Origin: Paraspadella gotoi
Lineage: Eukaryota > Animalia > Chaetognatha
NCBI GenBank assembly: GCA_051294375.1
Contig: JBJCIZ010000631.1
Coordinates: 33,429 to 79,063 of the forward strand
Direction: 5' to 3'
Length of the DNA stretch: 45,635 nucleotides
Shown: in pieces, positions 1 to 12,700 of the stretch
Layout: the number at the start of each line of letters is the position of its first letter
Numbering within the stretch: position 1 is the first letter of the stretch
Program-made: the position numbers and the translations under genes
Notes under the pieces: model-generated
What the model was told of the DNA's origin: nothing
What the model saw: only the letters and a program-made list of their open reading frames with translations
Databases searched by the model: none

Positions 1-3000
1 AAACGCTTTTTCCAATGTAAAAAAGAGATAAAACATAGAAAACAACGGAAAACGATAATTTCAAAGAAAAAAGAAATAAAAACGTTAAAAATTTCTGCAA
101 ATAACATCATCGAGGTTGTTAAAATTGGGTGAGGACAGTTATTAAATATGTTTTTTTTACGTTTTATCAAAAACAAACAAATTTCCTCTTTTTTATTTTT
201 ATGTCTCATTCTCTCTCTCTTTTCTCTTTAATTTTATTTAGCTTTCTCTCACTATCAATAGATAAAAACGTTAAAAACTCCAGAAAACGATTTTTCCTTT
301 GTAAAAAGATATGAAAACTTTAAAAAAAACAGAAAACAATTTTTTCCAATGTAAAAAAGAAATAAATGCGTTAAAAACACCGACAAACGACTTTTCCAAT
401 ATAAAAAGAGATAAAAATGTAAAAAAACACCGGCAAACGATATTTTCAATGTAAAAGAAATAGAAAACCTTACAAACTTCGGCAAACAACTTTTTCAATA
501 AAAAAAGAGATAAAAAGGTTAAAAACATCGACAAACGACTTTTCCAATGTAAAAAGAGATAAAAACATTAAATACACCGGCAGACGACATTTCCAATGTA
601 AAAAGAGATAAAAACGTCACAAACACTAGCAAATTTCTTTTCCAATATAAAAAGAAATAAAAACTTTAAAAAAACAGGCAAACGATTTTTCCAATGTAAA
701 AGGAGATAAAAAAACACCGATAAACGACTTTTCTAATGTAAAAAGTGATAAAAACGTTAAATACACCGGCAGACGACATTTCCAATGTAAAAAGAGATAA
801 AAACGTTAAAAACTCTAGCAAACTTTTTTACCAATATAAAAAGAAATTAAAACTTTAAAAAAAACAGGAAAACGATTTTTCCAATGTAAAAGGAGATAAA
901 AAACACCGATAAACGACTTTTCTAATGTAAAAAGAGATAAAAACGTAAAAAATACCAGCAAAACGACTTTTTTAAAGATATAAAAACGTTAAAAACAAAG
1001 AAAAACGCTTTTTCCAATGTAAAAAGAGATAAAAACGTTAAAAAACTTTGGCAAAACACTTTTCCAATAAAAAAAAGAAATAAAACCGTTAAAAAACCCG
1101 TCAAACAATTATTCCTATGTAAAAAAAATCTAAAAGCGTTAAAAACATCAAAAAACGACTTTTCTTTTGTAAAAAGAAAAGAAAACGTTAAAAAACACCG
1201 AAAAACGACTTTTCCTTTTCTATTTCCTATGTAAAAAGAGTTAAAAACGTTAAAAACACCAGAAAACGACTTTTCCAATGTGAAAAGAAATGAAAACGTT
1301 AAAAACACCAAAAAAGTCTTTTCCATTGTAAAAAAGGATAAAAAGGTTGAAAACACCAGAAAACAAATTCTTTAATAAGGAGATAAAAACTTAAAAAAAA
1401 AAAAAAAAAACGCTTTTTCCAATGTAAAAAGAGATAACCGTAGAAAACACCGGAAAACGTTAATTTCAAAGAAAAAAGAAATAAAAACGTTAAAAATTTC
1501 GCAATTAAAATCATCGAGGTTGTTAAATTTGGGTGAGGACAGTTATTAAATATGTTTTTTTTTACGTTTTATCAAAACAAACAAATTTTGTATTATTCTT
1601 ATGTCTCCTTCTCTCTCTCGTTTCTCTTTTAATTTTATGTAGCTTTCTCTCACTCTCAATAGATAAAAACGTTAAAAACTCCAGAAAACGATTTTTTCTC
1701 TGTAAAAGAAATGAAAACATTAAAAAAAAAAACGGAAAAATTTTTTTTTTAAGTAAAAAGAAATAAATGCGTTAAAAACACCGACAAACGACTTTTTTCA
1801 ATATAAAAAGAGAAAAAAAACTTTAGAGACAAAGAAAAACTCTTTTTCTAATGTAAAAAGAGATAAAACATAGACAAACACCGGCAAACGATATTTTCAA
1901 TGTAAAAAGAAATAGAAAAACCTTAAAAACTTCGGCAAACAACTTTTTCAACATAAAAAGAGATAAAAAGGTTAAAAACATCGACAAACGACTTTTCCAA
2001 TGTAAAAGAGATAAAAACGTTAAATACACCGGCAGACGACATTTCCATTGTAAAAAGAGATAAAAAAGTTAAAAACACTAGCAAACTTCTTTTTCAATAT
2101 AAAAAGAAATAAAAACTTTAAAAAAAACCGGCAAACGATTTTTCCAATGTAAAAAGAGATCAAAAACACCGATAAACGACTTTTCTAATGTAAAAAGTGA
2201 TAAAAAACGTTAAATACACCGGCAGACGACATTACCAAAGAGATAAAAACTTTAAAAACAAAGAAAAACGCTTTTTCCAATGTAAAAGGAGATAAAAAAG
2301 TTGAAAACACAGCAAACTTCTTTTCCCATATAAAAAGAAAAAAAACTTGAAAACAACCGGCAATCGATTTTTCCAATGTAAAAAGAGATAAAAAAACACA
2401 GATAAACGACTTTTCTAATGTAAAAAAGATAATAACGTAAAAAACACCAGCAAAACGACTTTTCCAAAGAGATTAAAACGTTAAAACAAAGAAAAACGCT
2501 TTTTCCAATGTAAAAAGAGATAAAAACGTTAAAAACTTTGGCAAACAACTTTTCCAATAAAAAAAGAAATAAAAACCGTTGAAAAACCAGTCAAACGACT
2601 ATTCCTATGTAAAAAAAGCTAAAAACGTTAAAAACATCAAAAAAACGACTTTTCATTTGTAAAAAGAGAAGAAAACGTTAAAAACACCGAAAAACGACTT
2701 TCCCTTTTCCTTTTCCTATGTAAAAAGAGCTAAAAACGTTAAAAACACAAAAAACGTATTTTCCATTGTAAAAAAGAATAAAAAGGTTGAAAACACCGAA
2801 AAACAACTTCTTCATAAGGAAATAACAACTTTAAAAACAAAGAAAAACGCTTTTTTCATTGTAAAAAAGAGATAAAACATAGAAAACAACGGAAAAACGA
2901 TAATTTCAAAGAAAAAAGAAATAAAAACGTTAAAAATTTCTGCAAATAACATCATCGAGGTTGTTAAAATTGGGTGAGGACAGTTATTAAATATGTTTTT

Positions 3001-6000
3001 TCTTTTTATCAAAACAAACAAATTTCCTCTTTTTTATTTTTATGTCTCTTCTCTCTCTCTTTTCTCTTTTAATTTTATTTAGCTTTCTCTCACTATCAAT
3101 AGATAAAAACGTTAAAAACTCCAGAAAAACGATTTTTTCCTTTGTAAAAAGATATGAAAACTTTAAAAAAAAACAGAAAAAATTTTTTCCAATGTAAAAA
3201 AGAAATAAATGCGTTAAAAAACACCGACAAAACGACTTTTCCAATATAAAAAGAGATAAAAACGTAAAAAACACCGGCAAACGATATTTTCAATGTAAAA
3301 AGTAATAGAAAACCTTAAAAACTTCGGCAAACAACTTTTTCAATATAAAAAGAGGTAAAAAGGTTAAAAACATCGAGAAACGACTTTTCCAATGTGAAAA
3401 GAGATAAAAACATTAAATACACCGGCAGACGACATTTCCAATGTAAAAACGTCAAAAACACTAGCAAACTTCTTTTCCAATATAAAAAGAAATAAAAACT
3501 TTAAAAAACAGGCAAACGATTTTCCCAATGTAAAAGGAGATAAAAAAACGCCGATAAACGACTTTTCTAATGTAAAAAGTGATAAAAACGTTAAATACAC
3601 CGGCAGACGTCATTTCCAAAAAGATAAAAAACTTTAAAAACAAAGAAAAACGTTTTTTCTAATGTAAAAAGAGATAAAAACGTTAATACACCGGCAGACG
3701 ACATTTCCAATGTAAAAAGAGATAAAAACGTTAAAAACACTAGCAAACTTTTTTACCATATAAAAAAGAAATTAAAACTTTAAAAAAAACAGGCAAACGA
3801 TTTTTCCAATGTAAAAGGAGATAAAAAACACCGATAAACGACTTTTCTAATGTAAAAAGAGATAAAAAACGTAAAAAATACCAGCAAACGACTTTTTCAA
3901 AGATATAAAAACGTTAAAAACAAAGAAAAAACGCTTTTTCCAATGTAAAAGAGATAAAAACGTTAAAAACTTGGCAAACAACTTTCCAATAAAAAAAGAA
4001 ATAAAACCGTTAAAAAACCCGTCAAACAATTATTCCTATGTAAAAAAGCTAAAAACGTTAAAAACATCAAAAAACGACTTTTCATTTGTAAAAAGAGAAG
4101 AAAACGTTAAAAACACCGAAAAACGACTTTTCCTTCTCTTTTTCCTATGTAAAAAGAGCTAAAAACGTTATAAACACCAAAAAACCTCTTTTCCATTGTA
4201 AAAAAGAATAAAAAGTTTGAAAACACCAGAAAACAACTTCTTCATAAGGAGATAAAAACTTTAAAAAACAAAGAAAAACGCTTTTTCGAATGTAAAAAGA
4301 GATAAAATGTAGAAAACACCGGAAAACGTTAATTTTAAAGAAAAGAAAATAAAAACGATAAAAATTTCTGGAAATAACATCATCGAGGTTGTTAAAATTG
4401 GGTAAGGACAGTTATTAAATATGTTTTTTTAAGTTTTATCAAAACAAACAAATTTCCTCTTTTTCATTTTTATGTCTCCTTCTCTCTCTCTTTTCTCTTT
4501 TAATTTTATGTAGCTTTCTCTCACTTTCAATAGATAAAAACGTTAAAAAACTCCAGAAAACGATTTTTCCTCTGTAAAAAGAAATGAAAACATTAAAAAA
4601 AAAAAAAATTTCCAATGTAAAAAGAAATAAATGCGTTAAAAACAGCGACAAACGACTTTTCCAATATAAAAAGAGATAAAAACGTAGAAAACACCGGCAA
4701 CCGATATTTTCAATGTAAAAAGAAATAGAAAACCTTAAAAACTTCGGCAAACAACTTTTCCAATGTAAAAAGAGATAAAAACGTTAAATACACCGGCAGA
4801 CGACTTTTCCAATGTAAAAAGAGATAAAAACTTTAAAAACACGAGCAAACTTCTTTTCCAATATAAAAAGAAATAAACAACTTAGAAAACGATAATTTCA
4901 GAGAAAAAAGAAATAAAAACGTTACAAATTTCTGCAATTAACATCATCTAGGTGGTTAAAATTGGGTGAGGACAGTTATTAAATATGTTTTTTTTACGTT
5001 TTATCAAAACAAATAAATTTCCTCTTTTTTATTTTTATGTCTCCTTCTCTCTCTCTTTTCTCTTTTAATTTTATGTAGCTTTCTCTCACTCTCAAGAGAT
5101 AAAAACGTTAAAAACACCAGAAAACGATTTTTCCTTTGTAAAAAGATATGAAAACATTAAAAAAAACAGAAAACAATTTTTTCCAATGTAAAAAGAAATA
5201 AATGCGTTAAAAACACCGACGAACGACTTTTCCAATATTAAAAGAGATATAAACTTTAGAAACAAAGAAAAACGCTTTTTCCAATGTAAAAAGAGATAAA
5301 AACGTTAAATACTCCGGCAGACGACAATTCAAATGTAAAAAAAGATAAAAACGTTAAAAACACTAGCAAACTTCTTTTCCAATATAAAAAGAAATAAAAA
5401 ATTTTTAAAAATCCGGCAAACGATTTTTCCAATGGAAAAAGAGATAAAAAACGATAAATGGCTTTTCTAATGTAAAAAGTGATTAAAACGTTAAATACAG
5501 CGGCAGACGACATTTCCAAAGAGATAAAAACTTTAAAAACAAAGAAAAACGCTTTTTCCAATGTAAAAAGTGATAAAAACGTTAAAAACACTAGCAAACT
5601 TCTTTTCCAATATAAAAAGAAATAAAAACGTTAAAAACACTAGCAAACTTCTTTTCCAATATAAAAAGAAATAAAAACTTTAAAAAACCGGCAAACCATT
5701 TTTCCAATGTAAAAGAGATAAAAAACACCGATAAACGACTTTTCTAATGTAAAAAAAGATAGTAACGTAAAAAACACCAGCAAACGACTTTTCCAAAGAG
5801 ATAAAAACGTTAAAAACAAAGAAAAACGCTTTTTCCAGATAAAAACGTTAAAAACGTTAAAAACTTTCGCAAACAACTTTTCCAATAAAAAAAGAAATAA
5901 AACCGTTGAAAAACCCGTCAAATTCCTATGTAAAAATTTGTAAAAAGAAAAGAAAACGTTAAAAATACCGAAAAACGACTTTTCCTTTTCCTTTTCCTAT

Positions 6001-8328
6001 GTAAAATGAGCTAAAAACGTTAAAAAAACCAGAAAACGACTTTTCCAATGTGAAAAAAGTTAAAAACGTGAAAAACACCAAAAAACGTCTTTTCCATTGT
6101 AAAAAAGGATAAAAAGGTTTAAAACACCAGAAAACAACTTCTTCAATAAGGAGATAAAAACTTTAAAAACAAAGAAAAACGCTTTTTCCTATGTAAAAAG
6201 AGATAAAAACGTTAAAAACACCAGAAAACGACTTTTCCAAAGATATAACAACTTTAAAAACAAAGAAAAACGCTCTTTCCAATGTAAAATGAGATAAAAA
6301 CGTAAAACACTTTGGAAAACGACTTTTCCAATAAAAAAAGCTAAAAACGTTAAAAACAGCAAAAAACGACTTTTCTTTAGTAAAAAGAGAAGAAAACGTT
6401 AAAAACACCGAAAAACGATTTTTCCTTTTCTTTTTCCTATGTAAAAAGAGCTAAAAACGATAAAAACACTAAAAAACGACTTTTCCAATGTCAAAAGAGA
6501 TAAAAACGTTAAAAAAACCGAAAAACGTTTTTTCCACTGTAAAAAAGGTTAAAACGGTTGAAAACACAAAAAAACAACTTCTTCAATAAGGAGATAAAAA
6601 CTTTAAAAACAAAGAAAAACTCTTTTTCCAATATAAAGGATAAAAATGTAGAAACACACCGGCGAACGATATTTTCAATGTAAAAAGAGATAAAAACGTT
6701 AAAAACACTAGCAAACTTCTTTTTTAATATAAAAAGAAATAAAAACTTTGAAAAAACCGGCAAACAATTTTTCCAATGTAAAAAGAGGTAAAAAACACCG
6801 ATAAACGACTTTTCTAATGTAAAAAGTGATAAAAACGTTAAATACACAGGGAGACGACATTTCCAAAGATATAAAACGTTAAAAAAAAAAAACGCTTTTT
6901 CCAATGTAAAAAGAGATAAAAACGTAAAATACACCGGCAGACGACATTTCCAATATAAAAAAAGATAAAAACTTTAAAAAAACCGGCAAATGATTTTTCC
7001 AATGTAAAAAGAGATAAAAAACATCGATAAACCACTTTTCTAATGTAAAAAGAATTAAAAACGTTAAATACACCGGCAGACGACATTTCCTATGTAAAAA
7101 GAGATAAAAACGTTAAATACTCCGGCAGACGGTTTTTTCAATGTAAAAAAAGATAAAAACGTTAAATACACCGGCAGACGACATTTCCAATGTAAAAAGA
7201 GATAAAACGTTAAAAACACTAGCAAACTTCTATCTTTCCAAATATAAAAAGAAATAAAACTTAAAAAAAACCAGCAAACGATTTCTTCCAATGTAAAAAG
7301 AGATAAAAACACCGATAAACACACTTTCTAAGTAAAAAGTGATAAAAACGTTAAATACAACCGGCAGACGAACTTTCAAAGAGATAAAAACTTTAAAAAC
7401 AAAGAAAAACGCTTTTTCCCAATCGTAAAAAGCAGATAAAAACAGTTAAATACACCGGCAGACGACATTTCCAATGTAAAAAGAGATAAAAACGTTAAAA
7501 ACACTCAACAAACTTCTTTTCGCAATAATAAAAAACCGGCAAACAATTTTTCCAAATGAAAAAAAGATAAAAAAACACCGATAAACGACTTTTCTAAGTA
7601 AAAAAAGATATAACGTAAAAAAACACCAAAGCAAACGACTTTCCAAAGAGATAAAAACGTTAAAAACAAAGAAAAACGCCTTTTCCAATGTAAAAAGGAT
7701 AAAAACCGTTAAAAAAATTTGGCCAAACGAACTTTTCCAATAAAAAAGAAATAAAAGCCGTTGAAAGAACCCGTCAAACGACTATTCCTATGTAAAAAAA
7801 GCTAAAAACGTTAAAAACATCAAAAAAACAATTTTTCATTTGTAAAAAGAAGAAAGAAAACGTTAAAAACACGCGAAAAACGACTTTTCCTTTTCCTTTT
7901 CCTATGTAAAAAGAGCTAAAAACGTTAAAAAAACCAAAAAAAGTCTTTTCCATTGTAAAAAAAGATAAAAAGGTTGAAAACACCAGAAAACAACTTCTTC
8001 AATAAGGAGATAAAATTTTTAAATACAAAGAAAAACGCTTCTTCCAATGTAAAATGAGATAAAACGTAGAAAACACCGAAAAACGATAATTTCAAAAAAA
8101 AATAAATAAAAACGTTTAAAACTTCTGCAAATAACATCATCGAGGTTGTTAAAATTGGTTGAAGACAGTTATTAAATATGTTTTTTTACGTTTTATCAAT
8201 AACGATTTTTTCCAATATAAAAAGAAATAGATAAAAACGTAGAAAACACCGGCAAACGATATTTTCAATATAAAAAGAAATAAAAAACTTAAAAACTTCG
8301 GCAAACAACTTTTTCAATATAAAAAAAG
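1..8328 (+). repeat. Satellite array, ~49-bp monomer in a ~1.4-kb higher-order repeat (A-rich strand on +)
   Basis: Monomer like aaacgacttttccaatgtaaaaagagataaaaacgttaaaaacaccggc (ttccaatgt at 542 and 591). A spacer block gaggttgttaaaattgggtgaggacagttattaaatatg recurs near 112, 1516, 2957, 4385, 4949 and 8142. Confidence 0.95.
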
Positions 8329-8428
8329 NNNNNNNNNNNNNNNNNNNNNNNNNNNNNNNNNNNNNNNNNNNNNNNNNNNNNNNNNNNNNNNNNNNNNNNN
8401 NNNNNNNNNNNNNNNNNNNNNNNNNNNN
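8329..8428. other. Assembly gap (100 N) at the satellite orientation switch
   Basis: Run of 100 N, with A-rich satellite before and T-rich satellite after. Confidence 0.99.
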
Positions 8429-8713
8429 TTATACATTAGAAAACGTTTATCGGTGTTTTTTATCTCTTTTTACATTGGAAAAATCGTTACCGGTTTTTTA
8501 AAGTTTTTATTTTCTTTTATATCGGAAAAGAAGTTGCTAGTGTTTTTAAACGTTTTTATCTCTTTTTACATTGGAAATGTCGTCTGCCGGTGTATTTAAC
8601 GTTTTTATCTCTTTTTACAAATGAAAAGTCGTTTTTTTGATGTTTTTAACGTTTTTAGCTTTTTTTACATAGGAAAAAGCGTTTTTCTTTGTTTTTAGCC
8701 TTTTTATCTCTTT
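8429..8713 (-). repeat. Same 49-bp satellite, reverse orientation
   Basis: Reverse-complement monomers (gtttttatctctttttacattggaaa...). Confidence 0.9.
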
Positions 8714-8717
8714 GCGT

Positions 8718-9314
8718 ATGGTATGGTATGGTCGTATGGTCAATGACAGAAATCTTCTAAGAGATCTCAGACACGAGCTCCACAAAGCGAAATATTTTTC
8801 CTGCGTCACTCATCGTCCTTTGGAACATACGGGTAAAGACGAAATTTACTTTATAACCTTCCGCGTCGACAAGCACGTCTTTCACTTCTCCATAAACCTC
8901 AACCTACGCCTATGGCTTGAATTTGTCCAAATTTTTCATGACCTTTCCAATAAGTCCGTCTTCTTATTCTACAAAAAGCGTACGGTCGAATTTTTCACTG
9001 ACGACCTCAAGTGGACCCCCTTCCAAGTCTTTGACGTCGCAGAAATCTGTACCGAGCGCGATCTTCGTCCTTCAATCGATTCTGTGGCCGAAGTCGTCAC
9101 AAAAGGCAAGTTTTGCCGCCGTGCTCGGCATTTTTCCAGCGACTCCGTTCCATCGGCTCAGGTTCTACGCCATCGCGCCATCTTCGCCACTCTCGTCTAC
9201 AAATTTGGCGAGAAGACCTGTCTCTTCGCTTGCGTAAGATCTCCAAACCGTGAAAGAGGAAGCGAGCGAGCCCCTCCTGCCGCGAAAGATCGCTCCCGTT
9301 CTCGTCAAGGGTGA
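8718..9314 (+). CDS. ~198-aa protein, putative inactive DEDDy 3'-5' exonuclease-like domain (WRN-exo/EXD/Mut-7-type fold)
   Basis: Intact ORF with normal amino-acid composition (ORF track starts at TTG 8712, first ATG 8718). Motif order resembles DEDDy exonucleases: KYFSCVTH (ExoI position), EIYFITF..HVFHF, VFDVAEI, SIDSVAEVV.G, PSAQVLRHRAIFATLVY (ExoIII position). Catalytic acidic residues are absent. AATAAA at 9417. Confidence 0.6.
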   Translation: MVWYGRMVNDRNLLRDLRHELHKAKYFSCVTHRPLEHTGKDEIYFITFRVDKHVFHFSINLNLRLWLEFVQIFHDLSNKSVFLFYKKRTVEFFTDDLKWTPFQVFDVAEICTERDLRPSIDSVAEVVTKGKFCRRARHFSSDSVPSAQVLRHRAIFATLVYKFGEKTCLFACVRSPNRERGSERAPPAAKDRSRSRQG

Positions 9315-9416
9315 CACTGAGCGAGACGCTCAGTCTTAGTAAGGAGGAAAGCGTGTTGGACTCAAACTTTTGCGAAATGTCGGATTGGAAGTAGCTCATT
9401 TCGTCCGTGTTTAATC

Positions 9417-9422
9417 AATAAA
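9417..9422 (+). promoter_or_regulatory. Putative polyadenylation signal
   Basis: AATAAA ~100 bp after the stop codon of the 8718-9314 ORF. Confidence 0.4.
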
Positions 9423-9761
9423 ACTTTACTTATGATTATGATTAATTATCATCAATTCATCACCTGTTATTTTTGTATTAAACCTTTTCTTTCTTATACA
9501 GATCACGTGATATGATTATAAATTAGCCAGTGTCGGGGTTTTCTTAATAGTTTATTTGTTTACCATTTATGTCTCCATTCTCCCGTCCATCATCATGAGC
9601 TTAATCCAAGATTTATGATGCCTTTGGCCGTCTTTACCTTTTGCTGCAGATTGAGCATGTTTACACAAGAACTTTATTTGATCTCCAATTAACCACTGAA
9701 CTTAACCAAACCGTGTCAAGCTGAATCGAGGTGAGCTCTCTACAATAAATTCCGCTCATCA

Positions 9762-12700
9762 TTTTTATATTGGAAAAGTCGTTTGTCGGTGTTTTTAAAG
9801 CATTTATTTCCTTTTACACTGGAAAAAATCGTTTTCTGTTTTTTTTTAAGTTTTAATTTCTTTTTATAGAGGAAAAGTCATTTTCTGGTGTATTTAACGT
9901 TTTTATCTATTGAGAGTGAAGGAAAGCTACATAAAATTAAAAGAGAAAAGAGAGAGAGAAGGAGACATAAAAATAAAAGAGATGAAATTTGTTTGTTTTG
10001 ATAAAACGTAAAAAAACATATTTAATAACTGTCCTCACCCAATTTTAACAACCTCGATGATGTTATTTGCAGAAGTTTTTAACGTTTTTATTTCTTTTTT
10101 CTTTGAAATTATCGTTTTCCGGTGTTTTCTACGTTTTATCTCTTTTTACATTGGAAAAAGCGTTTTTCTTTGTTTTTAAAGTTTTTATCTCCTTATTGAA
10201 GAAGTTGTTTTCTTGTGTTTTCAACCTTTTTATCCTTTTTTACAATGGAAAAGACGTTTTATGGTGTTTTTAATATTTTCATTTCTTTTCACATTGGAAA
10301 AGTCGTTTTCTGGTGTTTTTAACGTTTTTATCTCTTTTTACATTGGAAATGTCGTCTGCCGGTGTATATAACGTTTTTATCTCTTTTTACTTTAAAAAAG
10401 TCGTTTGTCGATGTTTTTAACCTTTTTATCTCTTTTTATATTGAAAAAGTGGTTTGCCGAAGTTTTTAAGGTTTTTATTACTTTTTACATTGAAAATATT
10501 GTTTGCCGGTGTTTTCTACGTTTTTATCTCTTTTTATATTGGAAAAAGCGTTTTTCTTTGTTTCTAAAGTTTTTATCTCTTTTTATATTGGAAAAGTCGT
10601 TTGTCGGTGTTTTTAACGCATTTATTTCTTTTTACATTGGAAAAAATCGTTTTCTGTTATTTTTAAAGTTTTCTTATCTTTTTACAGAGGAAAAGTCGTT
10701 TTCTGGTGTTTCTAACGTTTTTATCTATTGAGAGTGAGAGAAAGCTACATAAAATTAAAAGAGAAAAAAGAGAGAGAAGGAGACATAAAAATAAAAGAGA
10801 GGAAATTTGTTTTGATAAAACGTTAAAAAAACATATATAATAACTGTTCTCACCCAATTTTAACAACCTAGATGATGTTATTTGCAGAAGTTTTTAACGT
10901 TTTTATTTCTTTTTTCTTTGAAATTATCGTTTTCCGGTGTTTAATACGTTTTATCTCTTTTTAAATTGGAAAAAGCGTTTTTTTTTGTNNNNNNNNNNNN
11001 NNNNNNNNNNNNNAAGCGTTTTTTTTGCTTTGTTTAAAATGTTTTTATCTCCTTATTGAAGAAGTTGTTTTCTGGTGTTTTCAACCTTTTTATCCTTTTT
11101 TACAATGGGAAAAGTCGTTTTTCGGTGTTTTTTAAACGTTTTTTCTCTTTCACATTGGAAAAATCTTTTCGGTGTTTTTAACGTTTTTAGCTCTTTTTAC
11201 ATAGGAAAAGGAAAAGGAAAATAGGAAAAGGAAAAGGAAAGTCGTTTTTCCGGTGTTGTTTTTAACGTTTTTAGCTTTTTTTTTACATCAGGAATAGTCG
11301 TTTGACGGCGTTTTTTTCAAACCGGTTTTATTTCTTTCTTTATTGGAAAAGTTCGTTTTGCCAAGTCTTTTAACGCATCTTTTATCTCTTTTTTACATTG
11401 GAAAAAGCGTTTTTCTTTGTTTTTAACGTTTTTATTCTCCAAGGAAAGTCGTTTTGCTGGTTTTTTTATTTACGTTATTATCTCTATTTACATTAGAAAA
11501 GTCGTTTATCGGGTTTTTTATCTCTTTTTACATTGGAAAAATCGTTTGCCGGTTTTTTAAAGTTTTTATTTCTTTTTATATTGGAAAAGAAGATTTGCTA
11601 GTGTTTTAACGTTTTATCTCTTTCTACATTGGAAATGTCGTCTGCCGGTGTATTTAACGTTTTTATCTCTTTTTACATTGGAAAAGTCGTTTTTGTCGAT
11701 GTTTTTAACCTTTATCTCTTTTTATATTTGAAAAGTCGTTTAGCCGTGTTTTTACTTTTCATTCTTTTACATTGAAAAACGTTTGCCGGTTTTTCTAAGT
11801 TTTTATCTTTTTAAAAAATCGTTTTCTGTTATTTTTAAAGTTTTCATATCTTTTTACAGAGAGAAAAGTCGTTTTCTGGTTATTTAACGTTTTTATCTAT
11901 TGAGAGTGAGAGAAAGCTACATAAAATTAAAAAAGAAAGAGAGAGAGGAAGGAGACATAAAAAAATAAGAGAGGAAATTTGTTTGTTTTGATAAAAGTAA
12001 AAAATATTTAATAACTGTCCTCACCCAATTTTAACAACCTCGATGATGTTATTTGCAGAAGTATTTAACGTTTTTATTTCTTTTTTTCTTTGAAAATATC
12101 GTTTTCCGGTTGTTTTAGATTTTATCTTTTTTACATTGAAAAACGTTTCTTTGTTTTAAAGTTTTTATCTCCTATTGAAGAAGTTGTTTCTGGTGTTTTC
12201 AACCTTTTTATCCTTTTTTACAATGGAAAAAGACGTTTTTCTGTGTGTTTTTAATGTTTTTAGCTCTTTTTACATAGGTAAAGGAAAAGGAAAAGTTTGC
12301 TGTTTCGGTTTTTTAAAGTTTTCTTCTCTCTTTTACAAAAGAAAAGTCGTTTTTTTGATGTTTTTAACGTTTTTTAGCTTTTTTTACACTAGAAATAGTC
12401 GTTTTGACGGGTTTTTCAAACGGTTTTTATTTCTTTTTCTATTGAAAAAGTCGTTTGCCAAAGTTTTAACGCTTTTTTTTCCTTTTTTACATTGGAAAAA
12501 GCGTTTTTCTTTGTTTTTAAAGTTTTTATCTCTTTGGAAAAGTCGTTTGCTTGTGTTTTTAACTTATTATCTCTTTTATACTTTAGAAAAGTCGTTTATC
12601 GTTTTTTTTTATTTCTTTTTACATTGGAAAAATCGTTTGCCGGTGTTTTTAAAAGTGTTTATTTCTTTATATTGGAAAAGAAGTTTGCAAGTGTGTTTTT

